A stretch of 64,000 bases of DNA from Candidatus Nomurabacteria bacterium. GTDB taxonomy: Bacteria; Patescibacteriota; Minisyncoccia; Phycocordibacterales; UBA5272. Shown in pieces: positions 18,366-28,196 of the stretch. Made by a program: the position numbers and the translations under genes. The stretch is from contig JBEIQD010000002.1 of NCBI GenBank assembly GCA_040376695.1, positions 14,633 through 78,632 of the forward strand, in the 5' to 3' direction. Under the pieces are notes generated by a model, which worked only from the letters and a program-made list of their open reading frames with translations, was not told the origin of the DNA and made no database searches. The first letter of the stretch is position 1, and each line of letters opens with the position of its first letter.

Positions 18366-19259
18366 TTATCTGCTCCCTCCTACCTGACATTTTCCATCTG
18401 TTCCTATCATGCCGTAGAAACCGTTAAGCTCACAAGAGGAGCCATATGCTTTGGGCTCTGGCTGTCCACGACCGTCCACCGTTCCTGTTTGGGTGGTGGT
18501 TTGCTTCTGTACATTTGTAGTCTGATTACTATTTGTAGGAACAATCTTCTCTGCTGTCGCACGGAAAGCAAGGAGAAACGCTTGAAGTGAAAACGCAACA
18601 ACGGTAATAACAAATGACCAGAGTAACCAATTTCGTGCAGTTTTAAGACCCTCTGGATTACCTTGTGAATAAATAAATTTAAATCCTGATGCCACCCACA
18701 TTACTATAAGTGCTGGATAAATGAAGAACCTCATTGCAAGATTCATTGCAGCCAAGATAAGATCGTACGCACTATTTGATCCGAGCGGATTAGGTAAGAG
18801 TGTTTCCTGTGCGTACGCAGTCTCTACAAAAGCACTCGAAAACATTTGAAGTAATTGCCCTACCCACGGCTGTGCCCCTAAATATTTAAGCCCTAGCAAG
18901 AAAATACCTCCAGCAACTGCAAAAATAATAAAGAAACCAATCACTGCATTAAATGCGTACTCTCCTGCTTTTTTAATAGCCATTACATCTCCTCGAGTAT
19001 AAGCAAAGAAAGAAGTTACTAAACGTATGCCGATAATAACAACCAACATTCCACTTCCAAGGAGTGCAAACATCGTAAGTAACTTCTGCCCTATTTCTTT
19101 TAAGTCCTGAGGAGTGCACACGTCCGCAGCAGTTGCTCCACACACACCGTCCCCTGCAATTGAAGGCGTTTGAGCCTGCACACCAGAAACAGAAAGAGTA
19201 ATCAATGCAGTCGCGAGAAACATTGATAGGAAAACTGTCTTCATGGTAGAGAATTTCAT
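18366..19259 (-). CDS. Membrane protein containing two tandem TrbC/VirB2-like modules, paralog 4
   Basis: Signal peptide then two repeats of the TM-loop-TM module (..FAYTRGD..; ..FIYSQGNPEGLKTARNWLLWSFV..). Confidence 0.45.
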   Translation of the reverse strand: MKFSTMKTVFLSMFLATALITLSVSGVQAQTPSIAGDGVCGATAADVCTPQDLKEIGQKLLTMFALLGSGMLVVIIGIRLVTSFFAYTRGDVMAIKKAGEYAFNAVIGFFIIFAVAGGIFLLGLKYLGAQPWVGQLLQMFSSAFVETAYAQETLLPNPLGSNSAYDLILAAMNLAMRFFIYPALIVMWVASGFKFIYSQGNPEGLKTARNWLLWSFVITVVAFSLQAFLLAFRATAEKIVPTNSNQTTNVQKQTTTQTGTVDGRGQPEPKAYGSSCELNGFYGMIGTDGKCQVGGSR

Positions 19260-19268
19260 GGCTAAGTA

Positions 19269-20567
19269 TTAAAGTGGAGTATACAGGTCTTGCAAACGAG
19301 ATACAAAGATAGCCGCAGCATCAGACACCCCCACTCTTCCACTTATAATGTCCGCAAACATAGTGGAAACAAGTGTTACTGATTCAATTGGGAAACTGTC
19401 ATACCAAGGTTTTGCAACCAACATACTTCGAGCTACCACGTCGGACAACCCTTCCGTACTTGAATATGCACGAAGTGCAGGAACAGTTCCCATAAGAGAT
19501 GCAATCGCTGGAGAAACACCAGCACCAGCAAACTCACCTTCAATAGTAAGAGCTGTTACAAGATTCTTACTTGTCTTAAGCGTACCAATTGCATACATCT
19601 GCCCTGTTGTTGAAAATGTATTATACCCTCGTGTTTGAGGAAGATATGACATTTCTAAATCTGCCTTTGGATTACGTGCACGCAGTGTAGCAAGCTCACT
19701 TGCTCGTCCAATATACATAGCAACTTTTTCTGCCACGAACTGATCTTCAGCGTTTCCACCATACTGACTCCATGTGTATGTATTTTTTGTTGGGTCTGAA
19801 AACTGGGTAAAGAATCGTGCAGCTGTTGCAAGTGGAAACACTTCACCATCCTGCGTAACTGGAGTATTCGCAGTGACACTTAGATACGGCTGACCATCCT
19901 CTTGATACTGCTTAAGTACAGGAGTTTGTCCAAGCTGTTGTACTGTAGCCATGAGAATTTCTTTTGCGTATGGTGTATTTGGAGCACCGAGAGAAATAGC
20001 GGATTCTACAAATTGACCACGGCTATCAAGAATAGTAAGAAGTGGAACCATGTTTACTAACTCATCCCAATACTGCGGAGGATTCACGAGGCCGTGTTTA
20101 GAAAATAGTGTACGGTTATAGAAAAGAACCAATGGATCAATAGACACCGGAAGTGCAAGCGCTCCTGTTGGAGTAAACAATACTGAAGCACCATCTACAT
20201 AAAGATCTTTATACTTCTTCTCAGATAATGACCCGATTGGAAATGGGTACAAACGCGTCTGATTTGCCAAGATCAGCTGATGAGGAACAATAATCATGTC
20301 TGGCCCTGTTCCGTTAGCTAAAGCTTCAAGTAACTTCTGACTAAATTGCGTTGCTGGAATTTCCGTATATCGTACTTGATATGTTTTAGCCTGCGGATTA
20401 AATTCCTGTACTATCTTATTCATTTGTACCTCGTCCACCGTTCCCCACAAAACAACCTCTCCTACTGGTTTATCTTTTGCATTTCCTAGAGGTATTTTCC
20501 CAGAAAATATTAATATAGAAAGCAGTGCTGCAAAAATTCCAGCGCCGAGAAGTATTGTACGTAACAT
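19269..20567 (-). CDS. Extracellular solute-binding protein (ABC transporter, sugar SBP family 1), membrane-anchored, orphan
   Basis: N-terminal TM anchor; VVLWGTVDE...FNPQ...V.Y..IP...F..KL..ALA.GTGPDMI pattern. No permease or ATPase nearby. Confidence 0.55.
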   Translation of the reverse strand: MLRTILLGAGIFAALLSILIFSGKIPLGNAKDKPVGEVVLWGTVDEVQMNKIVQEFNPQAKTYQVRYTEIPATQFSQKLLEALANGTGPDMIIVPHQLILANQTRLYPFPIGSLSEKKYKDLYVDGASVLFTPTGALALPVSIDPLVLFYNRTLFSKHGLVNPPQYWDELVNMVPLLTILDSRGQFVESAISLGAPNTPYAKEILMATVQQLGQTPVLKQYQEDGQPYLSVTANTPVTQDGEVFPLATAARFFTQFSDPTKNTYTWSQYGGNAEDQFVAEKVAMYIGRASELATLRARNPKADLEMSYLPQTRGYNTFSTTGQMYAIGTLKTSKNLVTALTIEGEFAGAGVSPAIASLMGTVPALRAYSSTEGLSDVVARSMLVAKPWYDSFPIESVTLVSTMFADIISGRVGVSDAAAIFVSRLQDLYTPL

Positions 20568-20642
20568 GAGAACAGTATATAGCAGGTAATGAGTACTAGG
20601 TAGTGGACAAAAGTCTAAAACCTCTGTCTATAAAACCAAATA

Positions 20643-21164
20643 CTATGCAGACACTGAAATGAATGCGTAGTGATAATCCCCTGCAGGCAATCTTTTCTGC
20701 ATACGAAACCCATGTTTCAGGACAACTGTTTCTGCTTGTTCTTCCGTTACCACGTGATTACTGTGCGGTCCGATGCCAGCGTGCGATTGAGACCAATCCA
20801 CAACAAGCAGCATTCCTCCTGGTTTTACTATCTTTGCAACATAGGTAAGTGCCGCATCAATATCTTGTAGTTGAAAAAGTACATTAGAGAGCACAACAGC
20901 ATCTAAACTGTATGCGTCGATAGAAATTCCCTTTTCGATATCCGCCCAGAGAATTTCAACATTCAAAAGTTTCTGACGTTCAAGTGTACTTGCGAGTGTG
21001 TGCAACTGATCTTTGTGTACATCAACTGCATAGACCTGTCCCATATCTCCAACTTCTTTGGCGAGAGCGATAGTGTACGCTCCCGTTCCACAACCAATAT
21101 CAGCCACACGATCTCCTGGCTTCAAATATAATTCACGAACAAGATGGTCTGGGGTTAAAAACAT
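20643..21164 (-). CDS. Class I SAM-dependent methyltransferase
   Basis: VADIGCGTGAYTIALAK (motif I). TATACT 9 nt before the ATG. Confidence 0.75.
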   Translation of the reverse strand: MFLTPDHLVRELYLKPGDRVADIGCGTGAYTIALAKEVGDMGQVYAVDVHKDQLHTLASTLERQKLLNVEILWADIEKGISIDAYSLDAVVLSNVLFQLQDIDAALTYVAKIVKPGGMLLVVDWSQSHAGIGPHSNHVVTEEQAETVVLKHGFRMQKRLPAGDYHYAFISVSA

Positions 21165-21202
21165 ATACGATTAGTATACAGCAGTGAGTAGATGTTAAGA
21201 GT

Positions 21203-21241
21203 GGATATGAAAACGGCGCCTCAGGCGCCGTTTTCATATCC
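21203..21241 (-). terminator. Long hairpin terminator after gyrA
   Basis: GGATATGAAAACGGCGCCtcaGGCGCCGTTTTCATATCC. Confidence 0.5.
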
Positions 21242-21248
21242 ACATCTT

Positions 21249-23735
21249 CTAGAGTAAGTTAAATGTCGCAACCGAATCCCCTTCACGTAGCTTCATCACG
21301 CGCACACCTTGTGTATCGCGACCAAGTGTTGGGATAGAACTTACTTCAGTTCTAATCACTTGTGAATCTTTTGATACCGCAAGAAGTTCTTCATGTTCTG
21401 CAGTTACCACACGAGCCACAATGAGTGGACCAGTTTTTGTTGTTACTTTCACAGTCTTGATACCAGAACCTCCACGCTTCTGTGTCTTGTATTCAGAAAG
21501 CTTTGTTTTCTTTCCGTATCCATTTGCGGTTACTACAAGAAGTTCAGCTCCACGAGTTCCTTCTGGAATCTTATCTGCAGCAACAATGATGTCTCCATCA
21601 TCTAACTTCATACCAATCACCCCTCCTGCAGTGCGTCCCATTTCGCGAACATCTGTATGATTGAAACGAATTGACTGACCGTTCTGAGTTGTAAGCATTA
21701 CATTGTCTTCACCTGTTACAAAGAGAGCTGCAAGTAACTCATCCTTCTCTTCTAATCGAATCGCAATCAAACCATTTCTTCGTACATCCTTAAAGCTTTC
21801 AGCAGATGACTTCTTCACAGTTCCTTCTTTTGTAATCATCATAAGAGACTGGCCAACGAGCGCCTTCACGTCTTTTGACATTGGAAGAATAGACGTTACC
21901 TTCTCACCGTCAACCAGCTGCAAGAAGTTCATAATTGATTTTCCGCGAGTAGCACGCTTACCTTCTGGAAGATCATACATCTTAATCTGATATGCCTTTC
22001 CTTTATCAGTAAAGAAGAGGAGGTCACTATGAGTTGATGTAGTGAGAGACATCGTTACGAAATCTTCTTCCTTGGTATTCATATCAACAACTCCAACACC
22101 ACCACGCTTCTGTGTTCTAAATTCTGCAGGATCAGTACGCTTTACATACCCCCCTGATGTATACACAAGTACTTGTTCCTGATCCGCAATCAAATCTTCT
22201 GGATTAAATTCCTTTGCGCGATGTTTTACAATCTTTGTTCGACGTTCATCTCCATACTTATCTTTAATATCAGTAAGCTCACCTTTGATGATTGCGAGCA
22301 TCTTCTTTTCTGATGCAAGGATTGCCTTAAGTTCTGCAATAAGTGCTTGTACTGCTTTCAAGTCATCTTCAATCTTCTTTCGTTCAAGTCCAGCAAGTCG
22401 CTGAAGTTTCATTTCAAGAATCGCGGTTGCCTGAATATCTGAGAACTTAAACTTCTTCACCAATTGAGCATGAGCATCTGGCGTATCTTTTGAGGCACGA
22501 ATCGTTTTAATGATTTCATCAATATGATCAAGGGCCTTTTTAAGACCGAGCAAAATGTGTTCACGTTCAAGTGCGCGCTTAAGATCAAATTCAGTGCGAC
22601 GACGAACCACTTCCTTTCTGTGACCAATGAATGCTTCAAGCGCTCCTTTAAGAGCAAGTGTCTGCGGCACTCCATCAACGAGCGCAACAACGTTATAGTG
22701 GAATGTTGATTCTAGTTCTGTGTGTTTATATAAATAGTTAAGAACCTTCTGTGGCTGAGCGCCGCTCTTTAAATCAATTACTACACGAATATCTTTTGTT
22801 GATTCATCACGAAGTCCTTTGATGCCTTCAATTTTCTTTTCACGTACAAGATCTGCAATATTTTCAATAAGATTACTCTTAAGTACACGGTATGGAATAG
22901 ACGTAATAATAATCTGGAACATTCCATTCTTTGTTTCCATGATTTCTGCCTCCCCTCGAACAACTACTCCACCACGCCCTGTAGCGTACGCTGCACGAAT
23001 ATCAGATTGACCAAACGCAATTCCGCCAAGTGGAAAGTCAGGGCCCTTAACATAGTCACACAATTCTTCAGTTGTTGCGTGAGGGTTATCAATTAAATGT
23101 GTTGTCGCATCAATTACTTCTCCTAGATTGTGTGGAGGAATGTTTGTCGCCATACCAACAGCGATACCAAGCGTTCCATTAAGAAGAAGGTTTGGAACAG
23201 ATGTCGGAAGAACGTGTGGTTCACGCTTTGTGCCGTCATAGTTAGGAACCATCTTCACGGTATCCTTTTCGATATCGCGCATCATCTCCATAGAAAGCTT
23301 TGACATTTTTGCTTCGGTATAACGCATAGCGGCCGCTCCGTCACCGTCAATTGATCCGAAGTTTCCTTGTCCCATCACAAGTGGGTAACGATATGAAAAA
23401 TCCTGTGCTGTTTTTACCATCGCATCATACACTGATGCATCTCCATGAGGGTGATAGTTACCGAGCACTTCTCCAACCACTGTTGCAGACTTTCGGAACT
23501 TTGCTCCTGCAGTAAGACCCATATTATTCATGGCAAAAAGAATTCGACGGTGCACTGGTTTCATTCCGTCGCGGGCATCAGGGAGCGCGCGCGAAGTAAT
23601 AACTGACATTGCGTAATCCAAATACGCATCCTTCATTTCGCGAGAAATATTCACCTTAAGGTGGGCATTGTGAACTGCTACAGAAGCGCCTCCAGCATCA
23701 TTATTTTCTCCTTGCGGAACAGTCTTTTTTGCCAT
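21249..23735 (-). CDS. gyrA: DNA gyrase subunit A
   Basis: 828 aa; [23 protein letters not shown], catalytic Tyr region, C-terminal beta-pinwheel repeats. Confidence 0.95.
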   Translation of the reverse strand: MAKKTVPQGENNDAGGASVAVHNAHLKVNISREMKDAYLDYAMSVITSRALPDARDGMKPVHRRILFAMNNMGLTAGAKFRKSATVVGEVLGNYHPHGDASVYDAMVKTAQDFSYRYPLVMGQGNFGSIDGDGAAAMRYTEAKMSKLSMEMMRDIEKDTVKMVPNYDGTKREPHVLPTSVPNLLLNGTLGIAVGMATNIPPHNLGEVIDATTHLIDNPHATTEELCDYVKGPDFPLGGIAFGQSDIRAAYATGRGGVVVRGEAEIMETKNGMFQIIITSIPYRVLKSNLIENIADLVREKKIEGIKGLRDESTKDIRVVIDLKSGAQPQKVLNYLYKHTELESTFHYNVVALVDGVPQTLALKGALEAFIGHRKEVVRRRTEFDLKRALEREHILLGLKKALDHIDEIIKTIRASKDTPDAHAQLVKKFKFSDIQATAILEMKLQRLAGLERKKIEDDLKAVQALIAELKAILASEKKMLAIIKGELTDIKDKYGDERRTKIVKHRAKEFNPEDLIADQEQVLVYTSGGYVKRTDPAEFRTQKRGGVGVVDMNTKEEDFVTMSLTTSTHSDLLFFTDKGKAYQIKMYDLPEGKRATRGKSIMNFLQLVDGEKVTSILPMSKDVKALVGQSLMMITKEGTVKKSSAESFKDVRRNGLIAIRLEEKDELLAALFVTGEDNVMLTTQNGQSIRFNHTDVREMGRTAGGVIGMKLDDGDIIVAADKIPEGTRGAELLVVTANGYGKKTKLSEYKTQKRGGSGIKTVKVTTKTGPLIVARVVTAEHEELLAVSKDSQVIRTEVSSIPTLGRDTQGVRVMKLREGDSVATFNLL

Positions 23736-23800
23736 AGATATAAGGGATAATTATCTCTTTAGTATACCATAAAGTGAACTCTTTTGCTATAGCTTTTATC

Positions 23801-24127
23801 CTACTTTTTATAGGTTTCCTTCCCTTCTAAGAAGCTCGCGCTTGTTGTTCCAATATTTGCAAAACGCTCTTTAGCTTCTGCAAAAAAACTTCCCCATGAG
23901 TAGCCAGAAGATTCATCGAGTGTGTTTGTATTAGTAACTACAAGCGCATCCTCTGCAACATATGTTTCGTGCCAAAATCCATACTCAGCGTATAAAATAA
24001 CTCCTGCGATAAGAGCTGTAATAATTCCAGCAAAGGCTATAGCATGCACATGTTGAATATGCTTATTTTGCTTTCGCACATGCCTCAAATAATAACGAAG
24101 CGTAAAATGTTTTAAAATAAATTTCAT
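23801..24127 (-). CDS. Hypothetical membrane protein
   Basis: 108 aa, one TM helix. Overlaps the upstream ORF by 1 nt (operon). Confidence 0.4.
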   Translation of the reverse strand: MKFILKHFTLRYYLRHVRKQNKHIQHVHAIAFAGIITALIAGVILYAEYGFWHETYVAEDALVVTNTNTLDESSGYSWGSFFAEAKERFANIGTTSASFLEGKETYKK

Positions 24128-24417
24128 TATAAATAGCCTGATGGAATTTCAGCATCTTCTCTATCTCTCTCATCTCGTTCCGCATGAATAGTGTCAATTT
24201 CTTCTGGCGAAAACCGTAACGCTAGCTGCGCTTCAGTCACATACCCCTTTCTATAGTCTTCAATTGCACTTTCTGCGCTTGGGTATTCTTTTTCCAATCG
24301 CTCTCGTATAGCATCAAGGTCGCGATTATGTCCCACAACGGTTTGTTCTGCTTGTTCCTTAATAACAGGATCACTGGTTACTCTGTTTTCCTTTCTCCAA
24401 AAAAATGGGAATTTCAT
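24127..24417 (-). CDS. Hypothetical acidic protein
   Basis: 96 aa, no recognisable domain. Confidence 0.35.
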   Translation of the reverse strand: MKFPFFWRKENRVTSDPVIKEQAEQTVVGHNRDLDAIRERLEKEYPSAESAIEDYRKGYVTEAQLALRFSPEEIDTIHAERDERDREDAEIPSGYL

Positions 24418-24434
24418 ATGTATAAGTATAACGC

Positions 24435-24460
24435 AAAAGCGCGACCAATGGTCGCGCTTT
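24435..24460. terminator. Bidirectional terminator, GCGCGACC stem family
   Basis: aaaAGCGCGACCaatGGTCGCGCTtt. Confidence 0.5.
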
Positions 24461-24462
24461 GT

Positions 24463-25098
24463 TTACATCTCGTGGAAGAGAACAACCTCACCCAACTTCC
24501 CATCAATATCTTTTCTCTTAATAGTGAGCTTTTCAACTGGTTCAACTTTTTCTGCTCCTGCTTCTTTTAGGAAGATTGGAATTGATTGCTCGTTGTAATC
24601 CATAGGAATGATAAGTTTTGGCTCAAGAGACACAGCAAGCTTATGTGCATCATATGCATTAAGAAGGAATCCATCTTCTCCAACTGGAATAAAGAGAACA
24701 TCTGTTTCATCAATAATTTCCTTATGCGCAGGTTCAAGCATATGCGAAAGCGCTCCGAGGAACGTCACCTTGATACCATCAAACGTAAAACAGTAACTTG
24801 TGTTCTGATACTTCTTTGCCGTCTTCCCTTCCTTTAATTCAACTTCTGTACCAAATCCTTTAATAAAGATATCAGCAACTTCATATTCCCCCGCTCCCAT
24901 AATCACGAAAGGAGTCTTACCTCCGTGTTCTGTTTGTTCACGACCGTTATAGTCTGGGTGGTTTGTTGTAATAAGACACACATCTGCGCCGTATTTAGCA
25001 ACTTTCCCTGTTCCGTCTTTAGAAACAGGATTAAGGGCAAAGGTTGTATCTCCAACCTGAAATTTGAAGTGTTGTCGTCCGAAATGAGTGATAATCAT
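24463..25098 (-). CDS. MBL-fold metal-dependent hydrolase (UPF0173-like)
   Basis: MIITHFGRQHFKFQVGDTTFALNP... typical of YtkL-like beta-lactamase-fold hydrolases. TGgTAGAAT 6 nt before the ATG. Confidence 0.7.
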   Translation of the reverse strand: MIITHFGRQHFKFQVGDTTFALNPVSKDGTGKVAKYGADVCLITTNHPDYNGREQTEHGGKTPFVIMGAGEYEVADIFIKGFGTEVELKEGKTAKKYQNTSYCFTFDGIKVTFLGALSHMLEPAHKEIIDETDVLFIPVGEDGFLLNAYDAHKLAVSLEPKLIIPMDYNEQSIPIFLKEAGAEKVEPVEKLTIKRKDIDGKLGEVVLFHEM

Positions 25099-25156
25099 GT
25101 GGAGTATTCTACCATAGCTTTTTTATTTAGACAGTATGTATAAGGGTTGTAGATAC

Positions 25157-25184
25157 TTGACAAATATAGTAAATAGTGTATAAT
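25157..25184 (+). promoter_or_regulatory. Near-consensus sigma70-type promoter driving the GC-rich islet
   Basis: TTGACA (25157-62), 16 nt spacer, TGTATAAT (25177-84). Palindrome GTATCTAGGATAC sits at the predicted TSS. Confidence 0.4.
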
Positions 25185-25244
25185 AGTATCTAGGATACCC
25201 GAGTTTCATTTTTGTACTTTAACAACAACCAAGGAGAAGACAGC

Positions 25245-25631
25245 ATGTGCACGCTCATGATTGATAACCAGTCCCGACTCATTGCCTGGACTGGCCAACA
25301 GGTCAACCTGAAAGCCGAAGACAAGAAAATGACGCGGACGCAAAAACGCCGTGCTCAACGCAAAAAAGCACAAACCAAAGCCGTCATGGCTGTCACACAG
25401 CACCCCAGCATCGCGCTGGACGAAGAAGTGACTTGCTTCACATCCTCGTCACGCGAGCCTTTCCGCTTCAATGGCCACCCCGCTTTTGAGCGCCAAGGAA
25501 CACGGGAGAAGTGCAGCGAACACAACCGCGGACGCAAGTCTGTCCACAAAGACCGCCGCTTCCGTGCGAACGGTTCTGGCAAAACACGCGCACCTCACAC
25601 CCACGTGTTGTCACACTCCGATGAGCTGTGA
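25245..25631 (+). CDS. Hypothetical basic protein in GC-rich islet
   Basis: SD cAAGGAGaagacagcATG. 128 aa, Lys/Arg-rich (TRTQKRRAQRKKAQTK). GC about 57%. Confidence 0.4.
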   Translation: MCTLMIDNQSRLIAWTGQQVNLKAEDKKMTRTQKRRAQRKKAQTKAVMAVTQHPSIALDEEVTCFTSSSREPFRFNGHPAFERQGTREKCSEHNRGRKSVHKDRRFRANGSGKTRAPHTHVLSHSDEL

Positions 25632-25830
25632 ATTCTGCCGTCGCGGACACGACGATCACGCAGAAGCCTGTCCAATCGCAAGCGGAAAAGTGGATCCGGT
25701 CAAAAGGGATGCGTTTAACGCAGGCTTCAATGATATCTTGCTAGACAAACTTAGAGCCCAAAACCCTGAAGATCCGACCTACATGCTCGGCTACCAGCAG
25801 GGAGAAACACTCCACACTGAGCACAGCTGA
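25621..25830 (+). CDS. Hypothetical small Cys/His-containing protein, start overlaps the upstream ORF stop (ATGAGCTGTGA)
   Basis: 69 aa, MSCEFCRRGHDDHAEACPIASGK..., -1 frame relative to the upstream ORF with an 11 nt overlap suggesting translational coupling. Confidence 0.3.
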   Translation: MSCEFCRRGHDDHAEACPIASGKVDPVKRDAFNAGFNDILLDKLRAQNPEDPTYMLGYQQGETLHTEHS

Positions 25831-25841
25831 TCAGCTCCCCC

Positions 25842-25880
25842 AAAATCCCGCCCACATCTTAGGATGCTGGGCGGTTTTTA
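25842..25880 (+). terminator. Rho-independent terminator closing the GC-rich islet
   Basis: aaaatCCCGCCCAcatcttaggatgcTGGGCGGtttttattt. Confidence 0.55.
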
Positions 25881-26018
25881 TTTATTCACGTCACCCATTG
25901 TTTGATTGCCTTTTACCCCCATTTGTTGTAGTATTACGAACATCTATTAATAGATAACGTTCTGGCGTAACCCCTACCCCTGCAGGCATTTGAGGAGTAG
26001 ACCACCAGACCGAAGGTT

Positions 26019-26047
26019 AACCGCCTTTTGTGGCGGTCATTTTTTTA
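26019..26047 (+). terminator. Terminator or attenuator hairpin 11 nt upstream of the rpsA start codon
   Basis: AACCGCCttttgtGGCGGTcattttttt. Confidence 0.45.
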
Positions 26048-26057
26048 CCCAATTTTT

Positions 26058-27137
26058 ATGACAGAAGAGACAACAATTACAAAAGCACCAATCCTTCCAG
26101 CAATTGAAGGGATTGAAGGCATGGTGAAGCAGGACGACATCGTTGAAGGTATTGTAGTGGCTATTGAAAAGGCTGCTCTCTACGTAGACCTTGGCGTTGC
26201 TGGAACAGGTATCATTTACGGAGTGGAATTCATGAACGCTCGTGATGTTATCAAGCGTATCAACATTAGCGACACTATTTCAGCTAAAGTTATCATGCGT
26301 GAAAACCACGATGGTTACGTAGAACTTTCTCTCAAGGAAGCTCGTCAGGCCCTCATGTGGAACGATGCAGAAGCTGCTATTAAGGAAAAGCGTGTACTTG
26401 ATCTCGTTATCAAGGATGCTAACAAAGGAGGACTTATCATCGACTGGCAAGGTATTTCTGGATTCCTTCCAGCTTCACAGCTTAAGGAAGAAAATTATCC
26501 TCGCGTTGAAGACGGAGATAAGGACAAGATCATGCGTGAACTCAAGAAGCTCATCGGCAAGCGTATTTCAGTTACTATTATCTCTGCTATTCCAAAGGAA
26601 GGAAAACTTATTTTCTCTGAGAAGGATGGTGGTGTAAAAGAAACGAAGGAAGTTGCAATGGGAAGTTACGTTGTAGGTGACGAAGTAGACGGAACTGTTA
26701 CAGGTGTCGTTGAATTCGGAATCTTCGTAAAGCTTGAGGACGGCGTTGAAGGACTCGTTCACAAGTCAGAAATTGATTGGGGTCTCGTTGAAGACACTAA
26801 GGCTCACGCTCGTGTTGGAGACAAGGTTAAAGCTAAGATTATTGAAGTGAAGGACGGAAAGATTTCTCTTTCACTTAAGGCTCTTAAGGAAAACCCTTGG
26901 AAGGAAGCTGCTCAGAAGTACAAGAAAGGTGATGAAGTAGAAGGTGTAGTTATCAAGTTCAACAAGCACGGCGCCCTCGTATCAGTTGAGGAAGGTGTTG
27001 CTGGACTTGTACACGTATCTGATTTCGGAGACGAAACAAAACTACGTTCAACACTTACTCTTGGAAAGAGTAGTAAGTTTACAATTACCCTCTTTGATGC
27101 AAACGAGGAACGTATGACACTTTCATACGCTAAGTAA
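26058..27137 (+). CDS. rpsA: 30S ribosomal protein S1 (short form, four S1 domains)
   Basis: Repeated S1 motifs (GVVEFGIFVKLEDGVEGLVHKSEI; GVVIKFNKHGALVSVEEGVAGLVHVSDF). Start at MTEETT (26058) rather than the ORF-track 26028. Confidence 0.85.
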   Translation: MTEETTITKAPILPAIEGIEGMVKQDDIVEGIVVAIEKAALYVDLGVAGTGIIYGVEFMNARDVIKRINISDTISAKVIMRENHDGYVELSLKEARQALMWNDAEAAIKEKRVLDLVIKDANKGGLIIDWQGISGFLPASQLKEENYPRVEDGDKDKIMRELKKLIGKRISVTIISAIPKEGKLIFSEKDGGVKETKEVAMGSYVVGDEVDGTVTGVVEFGIFVKLEDGVEGLVHKSEIDWGLVEDTKAHARVGDKVKAKIIEVKDGKISLSLKALKENPWKEAAQKYKKGDEVEGVVIKFNKHGALVSVEEGVAGLVHVSDFGDETKLRSTLTLGKSSKFTITLFDANEERMTLSYAK

Positions 27138-27148
27138 TTAGTTACAAT

Positions 27149-27184
27149 AAAAAGAGCGATGCCTACGGCATCGCTCTTTTTATT
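27149..27184. terminator. Bidirectional terminator between rpsA and the convergent kinase-like gene
   Basis: aaaaAGAGCGATGCCtacGGCATCGCTCTttttatt. Confidence 0.55.
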
Positions 27185-27185
27185 A

Positions 27186-28190
27186 CTAAATCGTGTAATC
27201 CTTTTTCTTTCTTCCAATGTAAAATATATCCTGCCCTTTCTGAATCTGTTTCACACTACGAACTTTTTCTTTGTCACGAGTAATTATCAAATCCTTTGAA
27301 GAGCCGAGGTCAATCGAAACATCTAAAGAAGGATCAAAGTTCTTGGCATTAATAATTGAAATAGCTTCCTCTAAAATTCTCTTAGAGTAATGAACAGTAA
27401 CCTTATCATCAAAGAAATATGTGTCTTGTGGGATAGGAATTTCCTCATACGACACTTTTTCTCTATGCCGTAAATTTTCTAATTGCAAAAAGATTTCATC
27501 AAACCTTTCCCAATCTTTTTCTGCATGAACCTGAGCGATTTCTTTTGAGTCTTTCTCAGTACTTCTTGATCTTCCAAAATCAATAACATATGGTAAACCA
27601 GTTTCAGTATCAACCATCACGTTTCTCGGATATAAATCTCCGTGTACAATTCTTTTCTCTGTATGCAACGCATCTATATATTCCTGTAGTGCTTCAGTAA
27701 AAACATCATAGTCAAAGCCTTCAGGTAAATCTACTTTACCATTAAAAATATGTTGAAGGTTTACAGCAGGAAGCTTCTCCATAACAATCATTGATGTATC
27801 ACCTGACTCCAAACACATTTCAGGAACTGGCGCACGACACCCAAGTCTTTCAAGTCCTCTTACTTTTTCCATAAAGAGAAATTCTTGAGAAGGTGCAGCG
27901 CCGAGGTCATACTTGGTAGCATTAACGTCTAAATGTCTGTTCTTCATCACCTTAAAACACGTACTCTGTTGGTTCGGAAAATTATAGACACGAGCAGCTC
28001 CACCGTTATCTATAAAGTTTTCTTCACTCCGCATTACCGTAGCAATGTATTTAGTGAAATCCACAGCTCTCCTTTCTTCTTCCTGTGCGTTTTCTCGATA
28101 TACAAGAGTCTCGAAATGAACGATTGCCGCTTTTGTATTGTTAGCTTCCCCTTTTTCTAAAGATGGAGCATTAATTTCTTTACTGATCAT
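27186..28190 (-). CDS. Protein kinase-like / phosphotransferase (APH/RIO-like) family protein
   Basis: Catalytic loop IVHGDLYPRNVMVD and metal-binding VIDFGRS (HGDxxxxN ... DFG). Starts 6 nt after the pth stop (operon). Confidence 0.5.
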   Translation of the reverse strand: MISKEINAPSLEKGEANNTKAAIVHFETLVYRENAQEEERRAVDFTKYIATVMRSEENFIDNGGAARVYNFPNQQSTCFKVMKNRHLDVNATKYDLGAAPSQEFLFMEKVRGLERLGCRAPVPEMCLESGDTSMIVMEKLPAVNLQHIFNGKVDLPEGFDYDVFTEALQEYIDALHTEKRIVHGDLYPRNVMVDTETGLPYVIDFGRSRSTEKDSKEIAQVHAEKDWERFDEIFLQLENLRHREKVSYEEIPIPQDTYFFDDKVTVHYSKRILEEAISIINAKNFDPSLDVSIDLGSSKDLIITRDKEKVRSVKQIQKGQDIFYIGRKKKDYTI

Positions 28191-28196
28191 ATCATT

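Noticed and set aside
25471-25620. Upstream part of the ORF-track call 25471..25830
   Set aside because: It overlaps the better-supported 25245-25631 ORF in another frame. Only the segment from the ATG at 25621 is plausible.
26028-26057. Upstream start MWRSFFYPIF for rpsA
   Set aside because: It would begin inside the terminator hairpin. The conserved S1 sequence begins at MTEETT (26058).
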